From Hydrurus foetidus (taxonomy: Eukaryota): 40,594 nucleotides of DNA. Where the stretch lies: the NCBI GenBank assembly GCA_900617105.1, contig UYFQ01000795.1, positions 1 to 40,594 of the forward strand. Reading direction: 5' to 3'. Of the stretch, positions 13,060 to 26,368 are shown one piece after another. Below the pieces are notes generated by a model. That model was not told the DNA's origin, made no database searches, and saw only the letters and a program-made list of their open reading frames with translations. Positions within the stretch are counted from its first letter, which is position 1. Every line of letters begins with the position of its first letter. Both the position numbers and the translations under genes were made by a program.

Positions 13060-13296
13060 ACGAATATTCTTTACGAAAATATTCTTTACGAAGCATAACA
13101 AAGAACATTCCGTGCAGAGTACAGTACTTAAAAATTGTCGGTTATACCTGACTACAGTGTGTACCATAACGCGTAACGCGTAACGCACTTGTCTGACCTG
13201 CATCACCGAGACCAATACTATACCATCAGGATCAACTTGTTGAGGCCTGGTGTCGTCCTCACATCGTCAATCTCCGACTCTCACAAATTTAATGCA

Positions 13297-16200
13297 ATGA
13301 AGAAGAGGAAAACGTCTGAAGCTCTCTCGAATTTGTGTCGTAATTCGCAGGTTGATAATGGAAAGGCTCCACGGACTTCAGTCCATTTTGTCTCTTTAAA
13401 AGCAGAGAAACTTCCTGCTGACTGGGGCAGTCATAAAGGCGGCGGCAGAGCTGCAGCTGGCACCGAAAATCTGGCGCGACAGATGGGCTTCATTATTGTT
13501 GATGTAATCTCGAGCCCCGCTGAGGTTCTACAACTCATGGCGAAAAATCCTGTTGATGCGGAGGCAGGATTCTCCGAGGATGGAGAATATCAGACGCCTA
13601 GTGGACAGATTCCTGTGTCCCGTTTAGTTGATATGTGCTACACCGAAAAGATAAAAATCCCTGATGCAAATACGTACAAATCACTGGAGTATTTATTAAT
13701 GTTGCAGAACCCTGCTTCATCCAAATGGAAACGCCCGTTCATACGAGTATACTCTTCTCATAAGTACGACTTCCCATCAGGAAAGTTGACCGTCCAACTT
13801 GATATATTTTTCGGTAGACTTGTTTTTGAGTTGATTGCTGATCCAGCGATCCATCACATCATCAACAACATTCAAGGCATACCCTATACTGTGCAGCCGG
13901 TGCACTGCAGACCACCCCAACCAGAAATGTACAAATCAATACCAATGAGTGAAGAAGACAGATTTTCACTTTCAGGCCTCCTAAGAAACACGGAGAGTTC
14001 CGGTTATACCCTCGCTGCATCCCAGCCAGATGGATTGTCGCTGCAGCTGTACGATTTCCAATCCTCAACTTATCAATGGATGCTTGACCAAGAAAATCTA
14101 CCGGGTGGACTTAACAGTTACTTTTGGGAGAAATGGGAGGTGAATTCAAATTACATTAACAGATCTGTCAGTAACTATTCAGCACTATTGTTGGGAGACA
14201 TGATTATGATAGTTACTAAGTCCGACTGGATGCAAATATTACTTGTGCTATAGTTACTACTTATCTCTGTGGTGCGCACAAACTTTCAACTACGATTTAA
14301 ACCTAAAACCCAACAGCATGGGAGCTCAATATTGTCATTATCACCTTAAAATACATGACCCCAAAATAAAGTACACAATTATCAATTATACAGTGTGAGG
14401 ACGGAGGTGGACCGATGTACTATTTTCCTCTAGCAGGAGAATTCCGACTTTCAGAACCACCCCTTGCAACCGGTGGTCTCTTATGCGAAGAAATGGGTCT
14501 AGGTACTTATAAACAATACATTACACTTGATGTTTGAAACTGCTAGTCAGAGTATACTAAAAAATATTATGACTGTTTTGTGGGATGACAGTGTCGACAT
14601 TATTCATGAATGTTATACTCTCGTCCTTTTTAACTTGAGCATTTTTATAATCATGTTCACAATAACACTTCCAACGTACATACGTATAGGCAAAACTGTG
14701 GAAGTTATTTCCCTGATACTTGGGAATCCTCGCAAGACCTTGGTTCTGATTCCAGATATTCGTGTAACAGAAAAGAAGACAGCGCACAGTCCCGAGCTCT
14801 TTCCCACTCGAGCCACCCTCATAGTGGTCCCCACGGTACTTGTGGGTCAGTGGATGAGGGAGCTGCGTACCTCTGTTAACCTAGAGGTGCTGTCAAAGAA
14901 GCAAGGCAGAGGATTCACTTTTTTAGACTCTGCAACGATGATGACGCACAACAGCGGATTAGTTAAGATTCAAATTCTTACTTCCGATGTACTGTCACCT
15001 TCAGCCGAGTACCACAAGGGACAGAAGATTTCGTTTCACTACATCAATGGGACACCTGGCAAGGTAGTCGCACCGCAGCCCTCAGAAATTAATCGTGATC
15101 TTCTATATGCAGCTCTCAAGTTTCCTTCTCTTCATGTTTAGTCAAATATTATTTTCTCTCCTCTTTCTTTTCTTTTCTTTTCTCCACCCTTCTCATCTTC
15201 GCTCTTCTCTTCTCTTCTCTCCTCTTCTCTTCTCTTCTCTATTCTATTCTACTCTTGTTCGCTTCACTCTTCTCATCTTCGCTCCTCTTCTTACCTGTTC
15301 TATCTCTTTCGTGCCATCATCTCATCTCATCTCATCGATGCATGATCTGCAACCACAGGTTTACGAAGGACGGGTGAGTAAACTGACGATGGATGTGCTG
15401 GTGGTTGAGGTGTTTGCTGTAAAACTGCTGGCTGACAACGATGTCGTTCTCACCGACTACGAAAGTCTCAAAAGAATGCGCATACTCTACAATCGCATTC
15501 ACTGGCACCGCATCGTGTTGGACGAGTGCCAAGAGGTCAAGGTGGCTACGAATTTGATCGCTCATCAGGTGATTAAGAGTGAGGAGAATTGCAGCCTAAG
15601 TTATTCTAACAAGGATGGTGATCCCGCACCACTCATCTCTTGTGTGTGTGCGGGTGGGCAGCAGAATGTGGGAGGTTAGAATAGATGCAGTACGTAGGTT
15701 GCTCATGTAGGGCTGTACTTGTTAACGTGAAGAGGCGACTAAATTCCAGATTTTTGGATTTTCTCAGACATCTTTGAATATAGAAAGCGATTAAGATTTA
15801 CGACAGCTATCACCCATTTATCACAACATCATTGATAATCACATATCCCTCAGTGCGCTGACCTGCCTGCAACCCATCGATGGATGGTATCCGGTACCCC
15901 CCTCTGCTCGAAGATAGAGGACTTGCATGGTGAATTAAACTTCCTTAAAGTGTGGCCATTTTGTCTGAGTAATCGACAGGATGGGTTCTGGGATTTGAAA
16001 ATAGGAAAGCCTTACCGCGTAAGGGAGGAATCTGCGTTAACGTTGCTGCACTCTCTCATGGATGCAGTTATGATGCGTCACAGCAAGAGTCAAATCTGTG
16101 TGGATGGCACACCCATTATTAGCATTGTTGGACGTAAGATAGAGTGGAGACCGTTTACCATAGAGAACAATTCAGAGCAGTATTTATTGAAATATTTAGA

Positions 16201-19200
16201 AGCATTCGCTGCTGACGCCTTGGTAGCTTTTTTAAGAACACCTGTAGAAGGGAGTGATATAACGGCTCTACCGCATTACGGTATACTTAAGAGTTTGGTG
16301 GGTTTAATGAGCAGGTGCATTACTGGTGCTCGAACTCTAGACCTTCGGCATCTGGATCACGTACGTAGATTGCTCCTAGGAACGAGACTCACACATAGTC
16401 AGGCACCTTCTAGAGGCAATGGAGGGAAGGTAGAGGGAGGTGTTGGTGGAGGGGATACGTTTCAAGTGCCGCTGATGACTGCTGAGCAGATACTACACTT
16501 GTTGCAGCAGTCGGGCCAAGGGTTGAATGGAGGCATGAACAGGTACAGTACTACATGAATAGTACAGCACTGTATGTGGAAGTACTGTACTGTATGCTTC
16601 TTCTACCACAAGTCATCCTCCATGTAGATTGCAGCCATCCCTCACCACTTTTAAATACCAATTCTCTACCAGCCCTCCTGCTACATTTAATCGTGATCAC
16701 GGCAAGTTTTATCAATCCCTCATCTCTTCTGAGAATATATATTATTATTCCCGCATTACTACGGTCCGCCCTTCCTTTTTAATCACTCATTCCTAATATT
16801 GACGATGCAATGTAAAGGGACACAAAACGCGTCCTCGCATCTGTGTTCCTCCAACAGGTGACCGAAGAGAGCAGAGCGAAATACGAGGATCTACCTATGT
16901 TGACCCTGAGGTAAGGTGCAGTCATATGTGACCAATATGGGATGACTGTGTGTGTGTATGTGAGTGCGTGTGTCTGGCTGTCTCTCTGTCTCTATGTACG
17001 TCTTCATATCTCTGCAGTAGTGTTATCTGCGGCACCGCTATATATGACGTGTGCTGTAAGTTGTGTGCTGCGTCAGTAAGATTGAGGAAGAGATTCTCTC
17101 GTAATGCACAGCAGCGCATGCTTGGAATTGGAGAGGTGGCACTCGATCCTACCTGCCCTTCAAAGTAGCGTAGCAAGTGGTAGTGTATGAGCAATTCATG
17201 CTTGCTAGAGACTCACCTGTATTCTCAACGGATGTGGTCTGCAACTACCCAACTGACAGTATTGAAATTCTTGCATTTTAGTAATGTGTTATTTCTGGAA
17301 TCTGTAGATCCATGGTACTAGATGCCGATTTGCCTTTGCCCATGACCTGGTCAGTCATGCCCTTTCGAGTAGATCTCTATGCTGACAAGACCAGCATGCA
17401 CTGCCACTACGTGGTTGAAGACCTTGACAAGGGGAGCGAAAATTCTTCAGAGAGTGTCAAATCTAAAATTAGTAGGAGGGTTTATCCTGATGATGTGTTG
17501 AGTGTGAAAGGAGCGAGAAGAGGGGATATTGATATTGAGGTGGGGGTTAGTTCAGTCCAGGATTTCGATCCCTCACTAACAATAACACGCACTATCCCCA
17601 AAGCTAAAAAAGACATTAAAGATACTAAAGTGAGCAAGGTACCGGATGCGACCAACATTGACTCACACATCTCCGCAATAGATGTGGTGGGAAACATACA
17701 GATGATCACTGCATGGAGCCACAGCAATCAATTCGACACTAAAGTGTTCAGAAAAGACAAGTCAGGTCGAAAACAGCCATATGTTGACCTCCTGGTCGCT
17801 AAGGATGTAGCACTGAGAGGACACGCGAGTGGGGAGAGTGGAATGCACGAAGGAGGATTTGCTACTCTGCACAAGCTGATGGCAGGGGAGGCGGTCAACT
17901 GTCCTCTATGCCTGGAGGTGATTCTATCAATATCAGTCTACGGGTCATGTGTCTAATTGCGTTTTCAGCTAACCACGAGAATCGTGTTTTATTTCGGATC
18001 TGATTTTATCCACTTCATTAGATTGCCATCTGATTGATGAGTACTGTGTATTTTAACAAGTGCATATTTTGATTCTGTCTTTGTTCTCTCCTTTTCTCTC
18101 TTAATTTTATCTTTATTCTATCTACAGGATGCAACACGCCCCACTGTAACGTGTTGTGTGCACGCACATTGCTATGAGTGCATCATCAATGTAATCGAAA
18201 GGGAGAAGAGCGCAGGAGCAAAGTGTCCTGTGTGTCGTAGGAAAATCGATATGTCTTCTCTCATGGAGGTGCATCCAACTAAACATCAATCCGCTGTTAC
18301 TGACATAAAGGGAGAGGAAGTGGAAGAGGAAGTGGAGGGCACTCAAGAAAGAGCACAAGAAAGAGCAGAAAAGGCAATCATTGCAGTTGATGATGACAGT
18401 GATTCATCCGATGATGACGTGGTGATATTGAATCCGTACGTGCATCCATCAAGTGCATCTAATAAGAAGAGAAAGAGAGGGATTGCAGACTTGAAGAGGA
18501 GCAATTCTATGAGCACCATAACCACCTCCTCCACCTCTAGCAGCAGCGATGGTAACAGCAGCAAGAGCTCGAACAGCAGAAGCAATACCAGAGGTAGCAG
18601 AGCCAGCAGTCTTGCAACGAAGAGTGCATCATCATCCGTTACCCCTAGCAGCACCACCAGCAGTAACAGTAACAAGAACAGTAATAATAATAAAAATAAC
18701 AACAACAACAACAATAATGATAATAATAATAAGAACAATAACAATAGCAGTATTAGTAACGGTAGTGACAGCAACAGTGGTAGTAGTAGTAGCAGCGGTA
18801 ACAGCCCCGAAAGTAGTGACAAGAATACGACTCAATTTATCATACCAATCCTAAGTGCGCACAGTACAGCGGCGCATCCGGATGCACTGAAGAATATTCC
18901 TAGGCCCTCTTGGATCGTGGGTCGGAATCCAGAATACCCTTCCTTAGAGCCCGACTTCCTCTCCCACTTCAGCTATCTCATGCACGGACAGGGGAGGCTC
19001 ATTTCTTCACGTATGCAGGCTGTGCTGACGGATATACTTGATGTTAGGAAAGAAGATGCGGATGCAAAGTTCATTATATTTAGTCAGTATCCTGCAAGTT
19101 TGAAGGAAGCTATGACGGCTCTAATGGGGATGAATAGAACACACCTTGACATGCTCAACGGTGTGCTTTTCGACTGTGCTATAGTGGACTCAAAATCGAC

Positions 19201-20125
19201 ACCCACTGAGAGAGCTAATAATCTAAAGCGCTTCACACAGGTGGAGTCATGCAACGTGTGTCTCCTTCCTATTGGAGCTGCTGCTGCTGGACTCACACTG
19301 ACTGTGTCCCGTGTGTGCTACATGTTAGAGCCCACACACAGTGCAGCTGACGAAGCGCAGGTATGAATTGACTGATCTGTTATGTCATAATATGTCGTAT
19401 GCACTCATCTGCCACACCTCTCATCCCTCATCTACTGTGCAGACCTCTAGTCATCGGCGAACACAACTGACCCCCCCTCCCTGTCCACACCTTTCTTCCC
19501 TCTCCTCCCTCCTCCTTCCCTCTCCCCCCTTTCTCTCTCCTCACCCTCCTTTCTCCTCCTCCCTCCTTCCCTCTCCTTTTCTCCGACTGACCTTGGACTG
19601 ATCTATGACCCTGTACCCTTGATTCCAGGCCCTGAATCGCATCCATCGCATCGGCCAGACCCACTCTGTACGGTGCGTGATATTCTACGCGAAAGATACC
19701 TGTGAGGAGAGGGTGCTTGCTCTGAGACAGCTGAGAGGACAGCTGTCAGATCTACTGGCACTAGGGGCTACAAGACCTGCTGAAGCTACTCCTCCTCCTT
19801 CTTCATCTTCATCTTCTTCTTCTTCTTCCTCCTCCTCCTCCTCATCATCCTCTCCTCCTCATCCTCCTCATCATCATCATCATCGAGTTCATCCAATTCC
19901 GCACTTCTCGACTCATCCCCGTCAACGGATGCAATAGGAGGCGGGACGGGCAATTTCTTCTCTGCCCCCCAATTGCGACAAATGTTCGGTGTGCAGGACG
20001 CACGAGGGATAATAACGTCAGAAGGAATAATGGGTGACGATAAGCAAAAGAATCCCGTCACTGTCAGCTCTCACACTAGTGACAATGAGGATAATGACGA
20101 TGATGATTATGATGAGGAGGATTAG
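13297..20125 (+). CDS. SNF2-family helicase with RING finger (RAD5/HLTF/SHPRH/IRC20-like), ~9 exons
   Basis: Motifs: LYDFQ...WML, GGLLCEEMGL|GKTVEVISLIL (Walker A split by an intron), ATLIVVP, WHRIVLDECQEV, RWMVSGTP, RING CPLCLE...CCVHAHCYEC...CPVCR, KFIIFSQY, AAGLTLT, EAQ|ALNRIHRIGQT. Likely start MKKRK at 13297; stop TAG at 20125. Confidence 0.88.
18661..18795 (+). repeat. Coding trinucleotide low-complexity tract (AAT/AAC/AGT; poly-Asn/Ser)
   Basis: AATAATAATAAAAATAACAACAACAACAACAATAATGATAATAATAAT inside the SNF2 exon. Confidence 0.9.
19789..19883 (+). repeat. Coding (CCT/TCT/TCA/CAT)n tract in last SNF2 exon
   Basis: The trinucleotide runs are directly visible. The reading frame appears to shift within the tract, possibly from an indel. 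Confidence 0.8.
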
Positions 20126-20402
20126 GTGCAATAATGGTCATCATCAGACTTTCTTCACACGCACTGCGACTAAGTGCTCAGTGAAGAAAGTGACGGACAC
20201 TGTGGGCCGTGTTTGGCTGCTATATGTATACACCTCTGCGTTGTATTGGTTTACTTTATTATAAGTCTACAGCAAGTCTCGAAGATGAGTGTCCTTTGTC
20301 CACACAATGTTTACTGTCACATTTCGGTTCCCGCCAAAAAAATTGAGGCATCGTTGTTCACGGTCCAATCACAACATTTACTGCTATGCTTCGCAACACT
20401 TA

Positions 20403-20627
20403 CAGTGGAGCATCAAATGAACACTTATTGAGGCTATAGCTTTGAATGGTCTACACGATTGATAATATTGCGCGTCTCCAACAACTCATTAAGTATGCAC
20501 GCATGTAGTGCACTAAAAACTCAAAACACTCTCGCTTGTTTTATACGTTACACGTTGTGATCAAAATAATACACGAATATACATCTCGTCGTCTTATAAT
20601 ATCTATGAAGTAATTCAGTATGTTGAT
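20403..20627 (-). repeat. Right arm of ~200-bp inverted repeat (partner 12862-13059)
   Basis: Reverse complement of the left arm with scattered substitutions and small indels. Confidence 0.9.
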
Positions 20628-20639
20628 GAAATGAGATAA

Positions 20640-21010
20640 TTGTGTGTTATCCCAGTGCAACCATCGATCACGCACTGACACCTATTGGCGCCGACACCAA
20701 CTACAGGGACCATGCACCACTTACAATTTATATCGATAGGAAAACATCAAACCACAGCCTAGCACTATTAGCACTTGTATTTTGCTTTCTTGCAATGCGC
20801 TATGATGAAGCCATCCGCATCTGCATACTTGTACTCCCAAAGTTGCTCATCAACGTTGGTAACGAAGTCAGCCATAGTGCAGTGGAGGCGCATGTGCACC
20901 GGGACACTCAAGAGGAATGTCCCACTGATATCAACCATCGCCATGTATCGTTCTGCCACTGTAATCGTGTGAGACTGAAGCCCTATTTTACTCACGGGCG
21001 ATGTATTTCT
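20640..21010 (-). pseudogene. Degenerate Ty1/copia reverse-transcriptase fragment
   Basis: TITVAERYMAMVDISGTFL..VHMRL...IIAHCKKAKYKC aligns by eye with SIAAKENRSLATIDFPGAFL..VFMRL...CIVKLKKALYGC in the copia pol of this window. Confidence 0.65.
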
Positions 21011-21419
21011 TGAAGTCTGCCAGTTATGAATATACCCATTAGTTGCAAGGTACATGGCAATGCAATTTAATCTAATGTAGTGCGGGGGAAGTGCTAAACA
21101 ATTTGGATGAAGTGGCAGCAGCAGGCAATGCAAACTGGACACTCTACACTCCACTGCTAGCTCTCTATTAAATCGGGTTGCGGAGTACGTACACGCACGT
21201 ACGCGCGGACGCACGTGTACGTACATACGTGTCTAGTAGAGTAGGCTTGTTGCATTTTCATCGGTACCAAGCATTTCCACAAACACGAAAATAACTTCAA
21301 TCGGACAGCGACGTTGTTGCTGCACTTCAAGCATAACAGGTACGTCTGACTAAAGAGGTTACCCTTTCATTAATTGAGCTGAGGATTTGTCAGCCTTGGT
21401 CTAAAGCCCTGCAGCTGAA

Positions 21420-24400
21420 ATGAACAGCTTGTTAGCACGGGCGGGATTGCTTCGTCGTATTAACGTGAATCGTTTGTCACGTCATCAGAGGGTTCAACAG
21501 GGCGCCAATGTTGCACGATTTGTCAACACTGTCAGCGGATCTGATAACGCAGAGAGACGCATCAAAGCTAAGCTAACGCTTGAGGATGGAAGTGTTTTCG
21601 AGGGTATCTCATTTGGTTCTGAAAAGCCTGTTAATGGAGAAGTTGTGTTTTCTACTGGCATGGTGGGTTACACAGAGAGCTTGACAGATCCATCTTTCAG
21701 AGGCCAGGTAAATCTTTCTGATGATCATAATATAACACTCGTCGGACAGCAAACTACGAGTATCGTTTGTAACAGTATTGTCTGTTTCTCGACAGATCCT
21801 GACTCTGACTTTCCCTATGGTTGGAAATTACGGAGTACCTTCGACCACTGATGTAGACAAATATGGTTTACTACAAGCTTTTGAGAGCAGCAAAATACAT
21901 GCAACTGCCCTCATTGTTCAAGATTATTCTTACACGTACTCTCATTGGGATGCGAAGATGTCACTCTCGCAGTGGCTGAAGAATGAAGGCATTCCTGGTA
22001 TTCACGGTATTGACACTCGAATGCTCACTAAAAAGATACGTTCCAAAGGTGCTATGTTAGGGAAGATTGAATTTGACAACCAGCCTACACTTCAGTTAGA
22101 GGACCCCAATCTTCGCAATCTAGTGGCAGAAGTCTCAACCAAAGAAATCGTATACTATGGGAAAGGAAACCCACTTAAGATCCTAGCCGTGGATTGCGGT
22201 ATAAAGTCGAACATTATTCGTATGCTTGTTGACCGTGGAGCTGAGGTGAAGCTGGTGCCATGGGACTACGATGTTTACAAAGACTTGCCCAACGTAGATG
22301 GTGTCTTCATTTCAAACGGACCCGGTGACCCAACTCGATGTGTGAAGACTATTGAGGAGTTGCGTAAGGTGATCAACGCGCCTCCAGAACTCATGAAGCC
22401 CGTGTTTGGAATCTGTCTCGGCAATCAGCTGCTCGCACTCGCAGCAGGAGCCACAACCGAGAAGCTGCCCTTCGGCAACAGAGGACAGAATCAGCCAGTC
22501 ATCAACGCCTTGACTGGAGACTGCTACATCACCCCTCAAAACCACGGATATGCAGTGGTTGATCCTTCCCTGCCAGCTGGATGGAAGACTCTCTTCGTCA
22601 ACGCCAACGACAAGACCAACGAGGGCATCATGCACGACTCCAAACCCTTCTTCACAGCTCAATTTCACCCTGAGGCACAATGCGGTCCCACAGACACAGC
22701 ATTCTTGTTTGATGTTTTCCTTGATAATGTGAAGAACAAAACCAGCAAAGTCATCTTTCCAAGCCGTAAACCGAAGATCATAGCACCCAAGTACAAGAAG
22801 GTACTTCTGCTGGGCAGTGGCGGTCTCTCCATCGGACAGGCGGGAGAGTTTGACTACTCTGGGTCCCAAGCCATCAAGGCGCTCAAGGAGGAGGGAGTGC
22901 AAGTTATCTTGATGAATCCTAATATCGCATCAGTGCAGACCAATGTGGGCTCTGGCGACGGCAAGGCCGATCAGGTTTTCTTCTTGCCAGTCACACCCGA
23001 CTACGTGGAGCAGGTGATCAAGAGGGAGAAACCAGACGGCATCCTGATCTCCATGGGAGGGCAGACTGCCCTTAACTGCGGTGTTGAGATGTACAACAAC
23101 GGCACCCTCGCCAAGTACGGTGTGCATGTCATGGGCACACCCGTGGAGACCGTCATCGCCACCGAGGACAGAGAAATTTTTAACCAAAAGCTAATGGAGA
23201 TCGGAGAGAAGATCGCCCAGTCAGCCACTGCCAACACGATAGAGGAGGCGAAGAGGGTTGCACTTATCATCGGCTACCCCGTCATGATCCGTGCTGCGTA
23301 CGCACTGGGAGGTCTGGGTTCCGGCATCTGTAACGATGAGCAGATCCTAGTGGAGAAGACGAAGATCGCCCTTGCACTGAGTCCTCAGATCTTAGTTGAG
23401 AAGAGTCTGTTGGGCTGGAAGGAGCTGGAGTACGAAGTGGTCAGAGACGGTGCTGATAACTGCATCACTGTCTGCAACATGGAGAATTTCGATCCCCTAG
23501 GGGTGCACACCGGTGACTCCATCGTAATTGCCCCGTCCCAGACACTCAGCAACAGGGAGTACCACATGCTAAGAGAGACAGCCATCAAGGTGGTGCGTCA
23601 CTTGGGCGTGGTGGGGGAGTGCAACATCCAGTACGCACTTGACCCAAAGTCCCTCGACTACTGCATCATTGAGGTCAATGCACGTCTGTCCCGCTCTTCT
23701 GCCCTTGCATCGAAGGCAACAGGTCAGTATGCCTAAAGCCAGTATCACACATTGACTGACTCTTTTCCTGACAGTAACTTTGCAATCCTCGTCTTAGGTT
23801 ATCCTCTCGCCTTTGTGGCTGCCAAAATCGCCATGGGCATTACTTTACCAGAGATCACCAACACGGTCACCGGCACCACACAGGCTTGCTTCGAACCCTC
23901 TCTGGACTACGTAGTCACCAAAGTGCCCAGATGGGATCTCGGCAAGTTTGAGGGCGTGAGCAAGATCATCGGCACCTCCATGAAGAGTGTGGGAGAGGTG
24001 ATGGCTATCGGACGCACTTGGGAGGAGAGCATGCAGAAGGCCCTAAGAATGGTGGACCCTGGGGTCAAGGGATTCCAGCCCATAGGGACTGTCCCCCTGA
24101 CACACGCCCAGGTCATGTCTGAGTTCCACAAGCCCACTGACAAGAGAGTATTTGCTATTGCGCAGGTGTTGGATACCAGAGAAATATCGCCTCTAGACAT
24201 CACGCTGAACAGTAACATCGATCCTTGGTTCATATCGAGATTGAAGAATATTGCTGACTTTAGAAATCCCCTCAAGGGCGTTGATCTCCACACAGTGAAC
24301 AAAGAACTCATGCTACGCGCCAAACAGCTCGGCTTCAGTGACCCACAACTCGCACAGCTATTCACTGTTAACAGTCAGCCTACGGATGAAGACGCTGTGA

Positions 24401-26368
24401 GGCACCACCGAGTAAAGACCTTGGGTGTTGAGCCATTCGTGAAACAAATAGACACATTAGCTGCTGAGTACCCCGCACAGACCAACTACCTCTACATGAC
24501 GTACCACGGCATGGAGCATGACGTCACTGAACAAAGTAAATCAAGAATCGTGCTTGGCAGTGGATCGTACAGAATCGGATCATCTGTTGAGTTCGACTGG
24601 TGTGGCGTGAGTACCATCCGTGCGTTGAGACAAATGGGATTCCGCTCCACAATGATCAACTACAACCCTGAGACCGTGAGTACTGATTACGATGAGTGCG
24701 ACCAGCTGTACTTCGAGGAGCTGTCCAAGGAGAGAGTGCTCGACATCTACAACAGGGAGAATGCACAGGGTGTGGTGGTGAGTGTGGGAGGTCAAATACC
24801 CAACAACCTCGCCCTCCCCCTGCACAGAGCGGGTGTCAAGGTGATGGGCACTTGTCCCACCATGATCGACAAGGCGGAGGACAGAGAAAAGTTCTCACGC
24901 ATCATTGATGACCTCGGACTCCAGCAGGCAGAGTGGAAGGAGCTCAACGATATGACAGGAGCCCTTCGCTTCGCAGACAAAGTAGGATACCCTGTGCTCG
25001 TACGCCCCTCGTACGTGCTGTCCGGAGCTGCCATGAACGTGGCGTACACTCCAGAGACGCTAGCTGTGTATCTTAGAGAAGCAACCGGAGTGTCGCCCGA
25101 CCACCCCGTGGTGATCTCCAAGTTCATCATTGGTGGAAGGGAGATCGAGATGGACGGCATTGCCAAGGACGGTGTCGTCATGGGATGCGCCATCCACGAA
25201 CACGTTGAAAATGCCGGCGTTCACTCAGGTATGAAATGTTCCCTTCTCTTCAACTCTCTCTTAATTGTTAGATTGCAACATTGATGACATGCATTCTTCT
25301 GTTGTTTGTCTATTGCAGGTGACGCCACCCTCATGCTCCCCACTCAGACGGTGACAGAGTACACATTAGCTCGCATTGAAGAAGCCACGAAGAAGATCGT
25401 CAAGGAGCTCAACATCACCGGCCCCTACAACATCCAGTTCATCGCCAAGGGCAGTGACGTCATGGTTATCGAGTGCAATTTACGCGCCTCCCGCTCGTTC
25501 CCATTCATCTCCAAGACCATGGGTGTGGATTTCATCGAAGCCGCTGCGAGACTCATGGTGGGCGAGAGTGTTGCTGACATGCCTCTGCCTCCTATCGGCA
25601 CCAGAAACAGACCATCCGGATATGTGGGAGTCAAGGCGCCCATGTTCTCCTTCACCCGTCTAGGAGGGGCTGACCCTGTGTTGGGTGTGGAGATGGCCTC
25701 GACAGGAGAGGTCGCATGTTTCGGCAAAGACGTGCACGAGGCGTTCTTGAAGGCCTTGGTGAGCACTGGGTTCAAGATCCCTGAGAAAAACATCGCCCTC
25801 ACGGTGCCTGCTGACCTGCTCGAAGAAGTCGTGCACCACGTGTGGACCCTGCACGCCATGGGGTACAATCTGTACGCCACCGCTGAGACACACGACTTCT
25901 TGGCAGAGAAGGGCATCCCAACTACACTGACGCACTACGCTGACTCCGACAAGAGTCCCAATATCAGAGAGCTCATTTCGAATGACGAGATAGATCTAGT
26001 GGTCAACCTCCCCACCTCAAGCAGCACAGAGCTGAAGAACAATTTCCTAACTAGACGCACTGCAGCAGATCACGGAGTGCCTCTGTTGAACAACGCGCAG
26101 CTCTTCAAGATGTTCGTGGAGGCTCTGCATAAGCGCAAAGAAGGCAAAATGGAATTCGCAAAGGTAAGCATTTATCGATTATTTTTCAAATGGGTGATGT
26201 GTGTCCGTGACTTCCGTAATAAAACACAGTTCCTTTTTCTTTCACCACATATAATCATAATTTATGATTTGCGCTAACTTTTATGAATTTCAGGCCGATA
26301 GTTTATTTGACTATTACTCTCGAGAAAATCCTGAAGAGGCGTGGACGGACAAGAGCGAGTTCCACTGA
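21420..26368 (+). CDS. Mitochondrial carbamoyl-phosphate synthetase, fused small and large subunit (CPS III / urea-cycle type); exons 21420-21707, 21796-23722, 23798-25228, 25319-26163, 26294-26368
   Basis: Arg-rich, acid-free N-terminal presequence. Motifs: [26 protein letters not shown] and QFHPE (glutaminase Cys/His/Glu retained), [10 protein letters not shown], two ATP-grasp domains and an MGS-like C-domain. No DHOase/ATCase fusion. All four introns are GT-AG and restore the frame. Confidence 0.96.

Noticed and set aside
18343..18822. 159-aa Leu-rich minus-strand ORF resembling a membrane protein
   Set aside because: Antisense shadow of the Asn/Ser trinucleotide tract in the SNF2 exon.
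22312..25935. Several 80-200-aa minus-strand and alternate-frame ORFs
   Set aside because: Shadows of the GC3-rich CPS coding sequence with no recognisable motifs.
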